This document shows positions 9,135 to 19,116 of a DNA stretch of 64,000 nucleotides, one piece after another. A program made the position numbers and the translations under genes. The DNA is from an uncultured virus (IMG/VR IMGVR_UViG_2562617076_000004). Its lineage: Duplodnaviria; Heunggongvirae; Uroviricota; Caudoviricetes. The DNA lies in IMG/VR virus record IMGVR_UViG_2562617076_000004; one strand, given 5' to 3'. The stretch's first letter is position 1, and each line of letters begins with the position of its first letter. The notes under the pieces are model-generated. The model saw nothing but the letters and a program-made list of their open reading frames with translations, did not search any database and was not told where the DNA came from.

Positions 9135-11152
9135 CGCTGGCAATAAACGAAGATTGCTACGCCGTTGATGCCTGGCGGCGTGAAACCTTCGCGCCAGGTA
9201 CACCGGCAGACGTGACAATCACGGAGCGCCGCCTGTGGGCTGTAAACCCGCAGGATCATAAATGGCGTGCTCAATACCTGCATGAAATACCCGACTGGTT
9301 AGCAGGGTATTTTGGCCGTCGTTACGAAAAGCTTTTTACTGGCCCTGACGGGCGTCGCCGTGCCAATACATTCCTGCGTCAGACTATTGGAGGGAATGTA
9401 TTGCCACGTCTGCGCAAAGTGGCTGCTCGTTATAAGCTGGCCGCTGATGCAATAGACCTTCCTTTTGGCAAGTCGCTGGAACGCCTGCCGTCACTTGACC
9501 GCCCGGAACTTAAAAAACTGGCTGGCCAGATATCTGGCTGGATCTCCCAGTCGCTGTATGACTTCACAGAACGGTTTGATTCCGGCACTGACGACGCTAA
9601 AGAGCTGCACCGCCGAACGATGGAGTCTTATCGCTATCTTTGTGCGTGCAGTCGGATGCTGAATAATCAGCCGCCATACTGGGCAGAACATGAAGCCAAT
9701 GCCGGGCAACTGGAAACACGTAAGGCTGAATCCGGCATTCTTCGCATGATGGCACCTGAATGGTGGTATCTGCGCCTGAAGCGAGCGCGTGACGTACAGC
9801 GTGAGCATATGGCCATAGCCGTGGGGCAGGTGCAGAAAGCGGCCAGCGCTTATGTATCCCGTAAAACGCTGGGGGAATGGATAGAACAGAAAAAACGAAA
9901 TCTGGAGTTCTTTAAAAAGTTTGATCTGCTGAATGATGAAGGGTTGCGCATTGCACTGGACAGCATGGTACACCGCAGTGTTGCAAATCCGGCGATCCGT
10001 CGCTGTGAGCTAATGGTAAGAATGCGAGGATTTGAAGATATGGCCAATGAAGAAGGGCTGGCCGGTGAGTTTTACACTATCACCGCGCCATCTCGTTTCC
10101 ATGCGGTACACAACAAAGGGGGCTTTGTATCGCAATGGGATGGAAGTACGCCGCAGGATACCCAGCGCTATTTATGTGGCGTATGGGCAAAAGCCCGCGC
10201 CGCGATCTCGCGTGCGGGTATCCATGTATTTGGGTTCAGGGTTGTCGAACCTCACCATGACGGGACACCGCACTGGCATATGTTGCTGTTCATGCGCCCG
10301 CAGGACGTGGACACGGTGCGAGATATTCTTTGTTATCACGCCAGAATTACCGACTCCGAAGAACTGCAAACGCCAAATGCGCTAAAGGCACGTTTCCATG
10401 TTGAAGCCATCGATCCCGCTAAAGGGTCAGCGACGGGCTACATCGCCAAATACATTTCTAAAAACATTGATGGATTTGCGCTGGATGGCGAGCAGGACGA
10501 AGAAACCGGTGAAAACCTGCGGGATATGGCTAAATCCGTTTCTGCATGGGCTTCACGCTGGCGCATTCGCCAGTTTCAGCAGATTGGCGGTGCGCCGGTG
10601 ACAGTCTGGCGTGAGCTTCGTCGGTTGCGGGATCAGGTGCTGACCGATCGCAGAATGGATGCGGTTCTGGCTGCTGCTGATGTCGGGGACTGGGCTGCAT
10701 ATACCCAGGCGCAGGGCGGCGCACTGGTTGCCCGCCGTGATCTGGTTGTTCGTCTGGCCTATGAAATTACGGAACAGGGTAACGAATATGCGGAAGACGT
10801 GCAGCGCGTACAGGGTGTTTATTCTCCTTTGGTTCCAGATTCAGAGGTCTGCACCCGTCTGGTTAAGTGGCAGAAGGTTGCGAAGTTGACCGAAGCGTCA
10901 GCGGAGGCGGGTTTTTCTGGCGGCAACGCCGCCCCTTGGAGTTCTGTCAATAACTGTACGGAGGGTGGAACCCGCAGACGGTTAAAACTGGAATTAAGAA
11001 GCCGGGGGTTAGATGGTTCTGATGAAGAGATAGACATTCTGAAACGAGGGGGAGGGCTTCGTTTCGGTCAGTCAGCACTCATATACCGGAACGGACGACT
11101 ACAGGAGAAGCAAAACGAGCCAATGCAGGAGCTGTGGCCGGGATGGTTTTAG
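9131..11152 (+). CDS. P2 gpA-type rolling-circle replication initiator
   Basis: EPHHDGTPHWH HUH motif and [13 protein letters not shown]. Confidence 0.96.
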   Translation: MTLAINEDCYAVDAWRRETFAPGTPADVTITERRLWAVNPQDHKWRAQYLHEIPDWLAGYFGRRYEKLFTGPDGRRRANTFLRQTIGGNVLPRLRKVAARYKLAADAIDLPFGKSLERLPSLDRPELKKLAGQISGWISQSLYDFTERFDSGTDDAKELHRRTMESYRYLCACSRMLNNQPPYWAEHEANAGQLETRKAESGILRMMAPEWWYLRLKRARDVQREHMAIAVGQVQKAASAYVSRKTLGEWIEQKKRNLEFFKKFDLLNDEGLRIALDSMVHRSVANPAIRRCELMVRMRGFEDMANEEGLAGEFYTITAPSRFHAVHNKGGFVSQWDGSTPQDTQRYLCGVWAKARAAISRAGIHVFGFRVVEPHHDGTPHWHMLLFMRPQDVDTVRDILCYHARITDSEELQTPNALKARFHVEAIDPAKGSATGYIAKYISKNIDGFALDGEQDEETGENLRDMAKSVSAWASRWRIRQFQQIGGAPVTVWRELRRLRDQVLTDRRMDAVLAAADVGDWAAYTQAQGGALVARRDLVVRLAYEITEQGNEYAEDVQRVQGVYSPLVPDSEVCTRLVKWQKVAKLTEASAEAGFSGGNAAPWSSVNNCTEGGTRRRLKLELRSRGLDGSDEEIDILKRGGGLRFGQSALIYRNGRLQEKQNEPMQELWPGWF

Positions 11153-11230
11153 TTTTAAGTCTGTGAAAGGTAAACGCTTATCACTAAATAGCAGGAAAAA
11201 TCCCTTTTACATTTTGTGCTTGAATGTATA

Positions 11231-11246
11231 CTGTAATTATATACAG
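11231..11246. promoter_or_regulatory. LexA (SOS) box
   Basis: CTGTAATTATATACAG = CTG-N10-CAG, upstream of a tum-like gene. Confidence 0.85.
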
Positions 11247-11270
11247 TTATTCTGTTTTAGGAGGATGCTT

Positions 11271-11483
11271 GTGCAGGATTTGTTTTTGGAAACCATCGCA
11301 TTGCAGCGGATTGCTTTGTTTACCCGGTTGATTGCAAACAGTAAGTGCACTGGCTGTGAAAAAGATATAGCACTGGCCTGGCTGAGCGAATTGACTGCGG
11401 ATCTGGAAAGTAAACTTGATGAATATGAAGGCAAAAGCCCCCAAAAAGGGGGATTGTCATGCGGCGGGAGTCGCTTTCAGTAA
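11271..11483 (+). CDS. tum: Tum-like SOS antirepressor (N-terminal domain only)
   Basis: GTG start after AGGAGG; LQRI.LF..L.A...C...EK.IAL.W.SELT, like the 186 Tum N-terminus and the 43608 ORF. Confidence 0.75.
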   Translation: MQDLFLETIALQRIALFTRLIANSKCTGCEKDIALAWLSELTADLESKLDEYEGKSPQKGGLSCGGSRFQ

Positions 11484-11726
11484 GTCTAATGCCATCTGAC
11501 GCTGATCGGGTGAAAGGGCATTCAGTATTTTTTGTACCATAGCATCACCTGTTTTAGCGCTTGGGCTGAGAGTGTGGGAGAACGTCAGATTCATGACAAA
11601 CGTGTGGCCACACTCGACATCTGAACAGGCGCAGTAAATATCGGCAATCTGCCGGTGTTTCCGGTTCGTTTTACGAATAACAGCTTTTGAGCCGCATTCC
11701 GGGCATTCGATTTTCAGAACTCGCAT
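11457..11726 (-). CDS. Ogr/Delta-like zinc-finger late activator
   Basis: CPECG...YCACSDVECGHTF motif. Confidence 0.92.
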   Translation of the reverse strand: MRVLKIECPECGSKAVIRKTNRKHRQIADIYCACSDVECGHTFVMNLTFSHTLSPSAKTGDAMVQKILNALSPDQRQMALDLLKATPAA

Positions 11727-11776
11727 ATTCCATGCTCCAGCTGTTAAATGATGCCTGGATTTTAGCCTTTTTTGCC

Positions 11777-12838
11777 TCATACCGCACCCTTATCCGTTGA
11801 TTCTGTGTAACTTAAATCAAAGTTCAGGTGCAGGTTTTCCGGTATTTCTGGATCATTGTTTACGGCCATCATAAACCGGCGCTGAACAGGGGCGACTTCG
11901 CTTTTTTTATAAATCCGTTCGGCCTTTTCTACGTCACCAAGTCCGGCAGTATTTTGCGGGACAATGCCGGCAAGCCCGGCAGGAAAACGGTGCGCGTTCA
12001 GAATATCCTGGGCGCTGATATTTTTGATGTTGGCAAATTCATCCTTAGCGGAAATATCCCCCATTTCAATGAATTTGATGGCGTCACCTTCTCCACCGGG
12101 AATGTTTACCAGGATGGTGGAGAAGTTGCCGATCCCTTTGCTGTCACGCAGCTGCTGTTCAATTTCCTCTTCCATTTCATCCGTCATGCTGGGATCGCGC
12201 GTGTAGAGAATGCCGCCAGTGTGGGCGCCATTGTGGTAGTAACGGCGACGGAAGATGACCGCTTCACTGTTGAGTAATGCAGAATGTACGCCGCCGATGT
12301 AGTCCGGCAGTCCGTAAATATGCTGTTGCGGATCATACATTTTGATGAAGATAATATCTTCTTCAGGCCATATCTGCGGTTCGCCTTCCTGTAACACCAC
12401 GTAATCACCAGGTTGATCAGTTGCGTTGTTCCTGTCTTTCCTGCGTCGGATATAGAGCCCGGGTAAGGGTTCCAGTCCGATCACATCTCCCCATCCGTTA
12501 CGAATTTTTCCAAGCGCAATATCCCCAAATGTGATGTAGTCAAAAGCTGCGGCTTCCAGCTGGTCGTAAGTCAGGCCGCCAGACAGATAATCAGACACAA
12601 TCATGTTTTTACGGGCGTGGATGATACCGCCATGTTGACCGTTAAGGTTAATCAGTTGTGCCAGTGCCAGCCGGTCAATTGGCTGAGTAAAATGATCGGC
12701 GGCATTGTCGTACCAGATATCCCGGTAGTCGGTGCCAGTGGTCAGAACCGGTTCCGGTTTGCCGAACGTAATGATGCTCATTTTTTTTGACTTATCGCCG
12801 CGCTGGTCGCGCTTAACGAAGTGTTTCTTTTTACTCAT
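11777..12838 (-). CDS. Portal protein (P2 Q family)
   Basis: IYGLPDY, FRRRYYHNGAH, AHRFPAGLAGI motifs. Confidence 0.95.
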   Translation of the reverse strand: MSKKKHFVKRDQRGDKSKKMSIITFGKPEPVLTTGTDYRDIWYDNAADHFTQPIDRLALAQLINLNGQHGGIIHARKNMIVSDYLSGGLTYDQLEAAAFDYITFGDIALGKIRNGWGDVIGLEPLPGLYIRRRKDRNNATDQPGDYVVLQEGEPQIWPEEDIIFIKMYDPQQHIYGLPDYIGGVHSALLNSEAVIFRRRYYHNGAHTGGILYTRDPSMTDEMEEEIEQQLRDSKGIGNFSTILVNIPGGEGDAIKFIEMGDISAKDEFANIKNISAQDILNAHRFPAGLAGIVPQNTAGLGDVEKAERIYKKSEVAPVQRRFMMAVNNDPEIPENLHLNFDLSYTESTDKGAV

Positions 12839-14610
12839 GCTGCCTTGTTCCTTAAATTCCAGCGTGATTTAGGTTTATTTTCATAGTTCAGAGGTTCGTT
12901 ATGCAGGGCGTGGGTTATCGCCCAGAACGCTTCGGCGTGTCCTGTGTCCTGGCTGCGGTCTGCAACAAAGGTCATGGCGTTACCGCTTTGCGTGGTTGTG
13001 CGGCGTACGGACATAAAGCTGGCCGGGATCTCTTTCAGGTTTTTGTCCCATTCAATTCGCTGACTTTCGACCACGTCAGCCGCCTTCAGTACCAGCTGAT
13101 TTTTTGTGTTCAGGTCGTAACGAATGGCGACGGCCACACGCATGGCAAAATGCTGAATGTTGTCAAAAACGCCCTGGCCAATACCGGTAACGTCCACGCC
13201 CAGATAGGTGAAGTTGTATTTTTTAAACAGCTGCTCGATCTGCTTTGCCTGGTACCGGAAGTTCATCCCTTTCCAGTAAATCACCTTCAGAACGCGGAAT
13301 TTCTCCACGGCGAACATCGGCGGCGCCACAATCACAAAACAGGACAAATCCCCGCTGCGAGCCGGATCAAAGCCGCCCCATACTGGCCTGTCACCAAATG
13401 GCCGGGCGGCGTCCGGGTTATGATCCTGCCAGGTATCCACTTCCACGCCGCAGGCTTCCAGGTCGGAAAAGCTGAAAACGGAATCTTTATTGTCCACGAA
13501 CACGCACATATAGAGCATGTTGAAAGTGGCTGTGTTGTAGCGGTTGCGCAGCTTCTCGATGTTGGCCAGATTGAAGCCGCCCGCAATAGCATCCTCCATC
13601 GTAATGACGTAGCGCCACTGGCCATCCGGACAAACCCGCCCGCCGTCGCGCAATTCATCAAAGGTCGGAAACTTAATGGCAGTACGTTTTTTACTGCCCT
13701 GTTTCCATTCATCGCCTGTCCAGAACGGGTACGCCTGGTGAGTTTTAGCTGACGGTGTTGAAAAGTAGGTGGTACGCCACTTGTCATGTGTGGCCATTGC
13801 ACTGGCCACTTCATTAAGTTTTGTGAAATTTGGAACCCAGAAATATTCATCACAGTACAGGTGGCCGCTGTAGGACTGGGCGGTGTTCTTGTTGGTGGAC
13901 AGGAAGCGCAGCTCCGCGCCGTTGGACAAGCGGATGGGGTTGCCGGTCAGCGTGATCCCGAAATACTGTTCAGCAATATTTACGATGTAAGACCGGAAGT
14001 ATTCCGCCTGGACTTTGGAGGCAGACAGGAAGATTTGCGGATCGCCTGTCATGACCGCGTTTTCAAAGGCTTCAAATGCAAAATACCAGGTCGCACCTAT
14101 CTGGCGGCTTTTGAGGATGTTTCTGACCAGCTGGCCAATGTTCCGGCGCAGGTGTTTCTGGTATTCAAAAAGATGTTCTTCCGCCCAGGTGTCAAAATCC
14201 TCCTGCGTCAGCGAGGAAATATCGTTTTTCTTGTATTTCCGTTTGCGGCGGGGTTCGTCGTCATTGCTGTCCCGCGCATCTGCCTGCCCGGAATTCTGAC
14301 CGCTGGCCATCTTTTCTTTATGCTTATTGCTTTGCGCACGTAGCTTTGTGGCGTGAGCAATGAGCATGTCCATTTCTTTCAGGTCGAGATCGGTTTTGTT
14401 ATCCCGGCTGGCCAGTAGCTGGTAGCGGCGTTCGATAGCCTCTTCAGTGCTTTCAAAACTGAGCAAATCAGCCCAGCTGTATTTTTCAGCCCAGTAGTAA
14501 ACTATCCGCGCATTCGGCAGATTTAATTCAGATGCAATTTCTTTTGGCGTATAGCGGCGCAGATAAAGTGCGCGGACAACGCCTTTTAATTCTTCAGAGT
14601 ATTTAGCCAT
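12835..14610 (-). CDS. Terminase ATPase subunit (P2 P family)
   Basis: LKSRQIGATWYF, DEYFW and GFDPA motifs. Confidence 0.96.
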   Translation of the reverse strand: MAKYSEELKGVVRALYLRRYTPKEIASELNLPNARIVYYWAEKYSWADLLSFESTEEAIERRYQLLASRDNKTDLDLKEMDMLIAHATKLRAQSNKHKEKMASGQNSGQADARDSNDDEPRRKRKYKKNDISSLTQEDFDTWAEEHLFEYQKHLRRNIGQLVRNILKSRQIGATWYFAFEAFENAVMTGDPQIFLSASKVQAEYFRSYIVNIAEQYFGITLTGNPIRLSNGAELRFLSTNKNTAQSYSGHLYCDEYFWVPNFTKLNEVASAMATHDKWRTTYFSTPSAKTHQAYPFWTGDEWKQGSKKRTAIKFPTFDELRDGGRVCPDGQWRYVITMEDAIAGGFNLANIEKLRNRYNTATFNMLYMCVFVDNKDSVFSFSDLEACGVEVDTWQDHNPDAARPFGDRPVWGGFDPARSGDLSCFVIVAPPMFAVEKFRVLKVIYWKGMNFRYQAKQIEQLFKKYNFTYLGVDVTGIGQGVFDNIQHFAMRVAVAIRYDLNTKNQLVLKAADVVESQRIEWDKNLKEIPASFMSVRRTTTQSGNAMTFVADRSQDTGHAEAFWAITHALHNEPLNYENKPKSRWNLRNKAA

Positions 14611-14770
14611 GCGGTAATTATGCCGTGGCTGTAATAAAAAAACGGTGGTGATAATTCGTCTGTATTCGGTAAAGCGTTATATCCGAACTGTTCAGAATAA
14701 AACGTAATGCAGCAATGGTTTTATTTGGCAATAATTGATTTGCAGCGTCAGGGAGTGGAACAGGGGGGAT

Positions 14771-15571
14771 ATGTCACATTTAAAAACTGACTGGCTGTGT
14801 GTTGCTACTGAAGGGGATACCGTTGACGGACGGATTATTGAACGTCAGTGGATTATCGATATGGGGGAAACCTATGACTATAACCACTATGTCGCTTTAA
14901 TCTGGCCGGAACACCAGAAAGGCGGGGGTAATTTCGGTGAAGTACTGGAAGCCACCTGGCGGGACGGGGATGACGGGCTGGCGCGGTTGTATGTCAGTCT
15001 TTGCCCGAATATGCGGCTGATATACGCTAACGAAGAAGACCAGCTTCTTTTCTTCTCCATAGAGCCGGAGGAAGACTGGCGCGGAACAGGACGAACATAC
15101 CTCAAGGGACTGGCAGTGACGGATACTCCTGCCAGCATTGGCACCACACGGCTGCGCTTCAGTCGGCAGCGCAAATTATCTGAACAGGGTTATTACCGTT
15201 ATGTAATTTCCCGCGATGGCAAAATTAAGCAGGAAGGAAAAATGAAGAACTGGCAAAATTTGTTTGGTATTAAACCGAAGTTTGAAGATGAAACGCCGCC
15301 AGATAATACCGCGCAGGGTGATGATAAGTTACAGGCACTGGCAAACGCGGTAAACGAGCTGGAAGGCCGTGTGGCCAAAATTGAAAATCAACTGAATGAT
15401 GTTCAGGGTGATGTGGATACTATTGCGGAAGTGGTGGATACAGAAGAATTTGCCGCCATTCGTGATAATGCAAAAGATATCGTTAAGCGTTTTAACGATT
15501 TGGGAAATAAATCAGTCCGTACACCAGGACGCAAAATTTCAGAGAAAGCCGGGAAGTTTAATTTCCTGTAA
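14771..15571 (+). CDS. Capsid scaffolding protein (GPO family)
   Basis: ATEGDTVDGR and LAVTDTPASIGT motifs. Confidence 0.93.
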   Translation: MSHLKTDWLCVATEGDTVDGRIIERQWIIDMGETYDYNHYVALIWPEHQKGGGNFGEVLEATWRDGDDGLARLYVSLCPNMRLIYANEEDQLLFFSIEPEEDWRGTGRTYLKGLAVTDTPASIGTTRLRFSRQRKLSEQGYYRYVISRDGKIKQEGKMKNWQNLFGIKPKFEDETPPDNTAQGDDKLQALANAVNELEGRVAKIENQLNDVQGDVDTIAEVVDTEEFAAIRDNAKDIVKRFNDLGNKSVRTPGRKISEKAGKFNFL

Positions 15572-15632
15572 TTCACTTTAGCGCTGATTAGTTTCAAATA
15601 TTTTTATTATCGCTTAATCGCGAGGGAGTTTT

Positions 15633-16655
15633 ATGCACCTTAATAACCGTGCGCGGGAATTACTGGACGGATATTCGGCGGGCATGGCGCAGCAGTTTGG
15701 GGCGCGTGATGCCAGCCGTTATTTTTCCCTGAATAACCCGCAGGAAAATGCGCTGCGTCTTGCGCTGCTGGAATCCGTCGAATTCCTGGACATGCTTACC
15801 TGTCTGGATGTTGATCAGCTGAGTGGCCAGGTGATTTCCGTTGGTTCTTCCGTATTACACACAGGACGTAGTGAAAGTGGCCGTTTTATTCGCCAGGTTG
15901 GTGTGGACGGAAACGACTATTCACTGGTTGAAACAGACAGCTGCGCCGCGTTGCGCTGGGATCTGCTTTCGGTCTGGGCAAACGCCGGTAAGGATGAAAA
16001 CGAGTTTTATAACCTTGTCCAGGCATTTACCACACAGGCTTTTGCACTGGATATGTTGCGTATCGGCTTTAACGGTAAGAGCCGCGCAAAAACCACTGAT
16101 CCCGAAGCTAACCCGAACGGTGAAGATGTGAATATCGGCTGGCATGAGCGCATGAAAACGCTGCTGGGCGGCAATCAGATTATGACCGATCCGGTGGTGC
16201 TGGATGCAGCCGGGGATTACAAATCACTGGATGCAATGGCGTCAGACCTGATTAACGCCAAAATTCCGGCGCAGTTCCGCAATGACCCGCGTCTGGTGGT
16301 TCTGGTGGGGGCTGATCTGGTTGCTGCTGAACAGTATCGCCTGTATCAGGCCGCAGACCGTCCGACTGAAAAAATCGCAGCGCAGTTGCTGGGGAATACC
16401 ATTGCTGGCCGTCCGGCCATTATCCCGCCTTTTATGCCGGGAAAACGCATGGTGGTGACGCCGCTGAAAAATCTGCACATCTATACCCAGCGCAATACCC
16501 GTATGCGTAAGGCGGAGTTTGTGGAAGACCGTAAGCAGTTCGAAAACAAATACCTGCGCAATGAAGGATATGCGGTGGAAGTGCCGGAACTGTATGCGGC
16601 CATTGATGAATCCGCCGTAACTATCGGCAAGGTTTCCGAACCAGCGGAGGGCTGA
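15633..16655 (+). CDS. Major capsid protein, P2 family
   Basis: ALDMLRIGFNG, DVNIGW and NLHIYTQ motifs. Confidence 0.95.
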   Translation: MHLNNRARELLDGYSAGMAQQFGARDASRYFSLNNPQENALRLALLESVEFLDMLTCLDVDQLSGQVISVGSSVLHTGRSESGRFIRQVGVDGNDYSLVETDSCAALRWDLLSVWANAGKDENEFYNLVQAFTTQAFALDMLRIGFNGKSRAKTTDPEANPNGEDVNIGWHERMKTLLGGNQIMTDPVVLDAAGDYKSLDAMASDLINAKIPAQFRNDPRLVVLVGADLVAAEQYRLYQAADRPTEKIAAQLLGNTIAGRPAIIPPFMPGKRMVVTPLKNLHIYTQRNTRMRKAEFVEDRKQFENKYLRNEGYAVEVPELYAAIDESAVTIGKVSEPAEG

Positions 16656-16658
16656 TAA

Positions 16659-17360
16659 ATGGCACTTTCTCCCGCGCAGCGTCACAGCCAGCGCATTGCG
16701 ATGGAACAAAAGCTGAAGCGAAGCCAGGCGCTGGAAACCACGGAAAGTATGCACCTTCTGGTCAAAGCGCTGGAAACGGATGTGGGGCACGTACGCAGCC
16801 TGCCGACAATCGCGGATCGCATTGAGTTTAAAAGGGATGTGTTGCTGCCGCGCTGGGTACCGACTGTTGAAGCGTATCTGGAAAGCAAGCAGGTGTACGC
16901 CAATCCGGTATTTGCCTGGTGTGTTATCTGGCTGTTTGACGTGGGCGACCTGGATCAGGCGCTGGAATGGGCTGATATCGCAATCAGTCAGCAACAAGCC
17001 ACACCGGATCAGTTACGCAGCAATTTTCCCACGTTTGTGGCCGATACGATGCTGGCATGGGCGCAGGAAAGCGCCGGGCGCGGAGAAAGTATTGAGCCGT
17101 ATTTCTCCCGTACGTTTGAACGTGTGGCAGGGGTATGGCGACTGCATGAGCAGGTAACAGCCAAGTGGTACAAATTTGCGGGGCTGGAGCTGCTGCGCAA
17201 TGAGGATGGCCAGCAAACTGCTGCGGGTGTGGATGATATTGAAACGCTGGAAAAAGCCGATCATTTGCTGGCCATCGCAGAAAAACACTATTCAAAAATT
17301 GGCGTCAGAACAGCGCGGCAGACCATTGCCGCCCGTGTCCGAAAACTGACGCAGGGGTAA
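16659..17360 (+). CDS. Terminase small/endonuclease subunit (M family)
   Basis: MALSPAQRH N-terminus, IWLFDVGD, synteny. Confidence 0.9.
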   Translation: MALSPAQRHSQRIAMEQKLKRSQALETTESMHLLVKALETDVGHVRSLPTIADRIEFKRDVLLPRWVPTVEAYLESKQVYANPVFAWCVIWLFDVGDLDQALEWADIAISQQQATPDQLRSNFPTFVADTMLAWAQESAGRGESIEPYFSRTFERVAGVWRLHEQVTAKWYKFAGLELLRNEDGQQTAAGVDDIETLEKADHLLAIAEKHYSKIGVRTARQTIAARVRKLTQG

Positions 17361-17456
17361 AGACTACCGTACGCCAGGCGGACGCGGTGGAGGGCAAAAC
17401 ACCTTGTGTGTCATTGCGCCGTGGAAACCGGTCAGTCCGCCTTTTTCGGGGGATTT

Positions 17457-17909
17457 ATGTTTAGTGGAAAACCGCTGGATTATCAGGACGAACCGCTGGC
17501 TAATAACGGTTTCTGGCCGGATCTGAACCTGAAGGATTTTCAGGCGCAGCGGTCACTACCGCCAGATATTGACGCTGATACCATCAGCCAGGCGCTGCTT
17601 GCCGCTGTCGCGGAGGTGAATGCCGAGCTGGAAAACGTGGAGGCCAGCTGGAAAGCGAAAGGCCATACGCTGGCGGCAGATGTGCCGGGTGTAAAGATGG
17701 GCGGACTTAACAGCCTGTGCGCCCAGTACATGAAAGCCGTTTTTGCCAGGGCAAAAGCGGATCTGTTGGGTGAGTTCGCCACTATCGGACGGCGTGATAC
17801 CCATCCGGGGCAGGAAAGCCAGGAGACACGGGCCGGGTTACTGGCTGAGGCGTCCGTGGTGATCCGTCGCATGAAGGGGCTTAAACGGGCAACGGTGAAA
17901 AAAGTATGA
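17457..17909 (+). CDS. Head completion protein (L family)
   Basis: NNGFWPDL motif, synteny. Confidence 0.88.
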   Translation: MFSGKPLDYQDEPLANNGFWPDLNLKDFQAQRSLPPDIDADTISQALLAAVAEVNAELENVEASWKAKGHTLAADVPGVKMGGLNSLCAQYMKAVFARAKADLLGEFATIGRRDTHPGQESQETRAGLLAEASVVIRRMKGLKRATVKKV

Positions 17910-18412
17910 GCCAGACGCAGATCCAAAGCCTGACCGCTTTTTTTCAGGAGAACGTTCCGCCGCGGGCGATGCAGTCATTTGACAGCGTACTGGATGAAAT
18001 GAAGTTCATCCCCGCCGCGAAGGATTACGGGCTGGGGCAATATCGCCAGGCGGTTATTCGGTATGACGCAGTTCTGAGCTGGGCGCGTTTTCCCTATCGC
18101 CTGTGTCCGCCGCAGTTACTTATGTCCTTACTGGCGGCGTGGCTGGACGATGCAGACAGAGACCTGCTGGATGAAGTAGGGCTGAGTGAAGCCGAACCTG
18201 ACTGGGATGTGTCAGTGGAAGATGAGGAAACCGCCACTGTGGTGCTGACCGTTCCGATGGTGGAAGAACTGGTGATCAGGCAGGACGAAAACGGGGCTAT
18301 TCCGTGGCGTGGTGAGCGCTGGTCACTGGCAGAGCCTGAAATCTGGACGGCGTTAACTGCCAGCATTTTCAGTGTGGATGAAACCGGGGCGCCGGTGAGC
18401 GGGGAAATATGA
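17906..18412 (+). CDS. Tail completion protein (R-like)
   Basis: Synteny in the HP1-type late operon. Confidence 0.7.
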   Translation: MSQTQIQSLTAFFQENVPPRAMQSFDSVLDEMKFIPAAKDYGLGQYRQAVIRYDAVLSWARFPYRLCPPQLLMSLLAAWLDDADRDLLDEVGLSEAEPDWDVSVEDEETATVVLTVPMVEELVIRQDENGAIPWRGERWSLAEPEIWTALTASIFSVDETGAPVSGEI

Positions 18413-19116
18413 TAGCCGGTGGCGAGCTGAATAAAAAACAGCTGACTGAATTACGTAAGGCACTGGCCAGTATGGAGTTGCCACCGCAGAAGCGCCAGCG
18501 GCTGATCTGGCGTCTGGCGAAATATGGCGTGATTGCTGCTGCAAAAAGACATGTTCGTAACCAGGAATCCCCGGACGGCCAGAAATGGCCGGGACGTAAG
18601 ACAAAACGCAAAGGGAAGATGCTGCGTAACCTGCCAAAGCTGCTTCATATCCGCGAAATGCCTGAGATTCAGGCCGTACGGATCTATTTGCAGGGCGGCG
18701 GGTACCGGAACGGGGAAGCGCCGGTTCCGGCAGGAACCGTAGGTTATGCGCAACAAAACGGAATGCGGGTAAAGGTCAGCCGCAGAAGTCAGCCACGTAA
18801 GGCGGACGCCGGAAAAATGGCGACACCTGCCCAGGCTAAAAAACTGCGTGCGCTGGGGTATCGGGTGAGAACCGGAAAACGCTGGAAAAAGCCCACGCTG
18901 GGCGATATCACGCGGACGATGCCATACAGCCAGGCCGGATTACTGATTCGAAAGCTGAGTGGTAAAGCAGTGAAAACCAGCTGGACAGTGGACCTTCCTG
19001 CCCGCGTATTTCTGGGCATGAATGACGATGAATTTGATAAAGCGCTGGCGCGTCAGCTTCAGGCTATAGGCTTTGGCTGGAATGTAAAGGCGCAGGATAT
19101 TAAGGGGAAAACATGA
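18409..19116 (+). CDS. Virion morphogenesis protein (S-like)
   Basis: NQESPDGQKWPGRK and LPARVFLG motifs. Confidence 0.8.
   Translation: MIAGGELNKKQLTELRKALASMELPPQKRQRLIWRLAKYGVIAAAKRHVRNQESPDGQKWPGRKTKRKGKMLRNLPKLLHIREMPEIQAVRIYLQGGGYRNGEAPVPAGTVGYAQQNGMRVKVSRRSQPRKADAGKMATPAQAKKLRALGYRVRTGKRWKKPTLGDITRTMPYSQAGLLIRKLSGKAVKTSWTVDLPARVFLGMNDDEFDKALARQLQAIGFGWNVKAQDIKGKT

Noticed and set aside
12901..14343. Long antisense ORFs (283 aa, 185 aa) and similar ones at 16242, 22494, 30558, 47570, 48969, 50740, 58660 and 59606
   Set aside because: Shadow frames of well-conserved GC-rich phage genes, with no recognisable motifs
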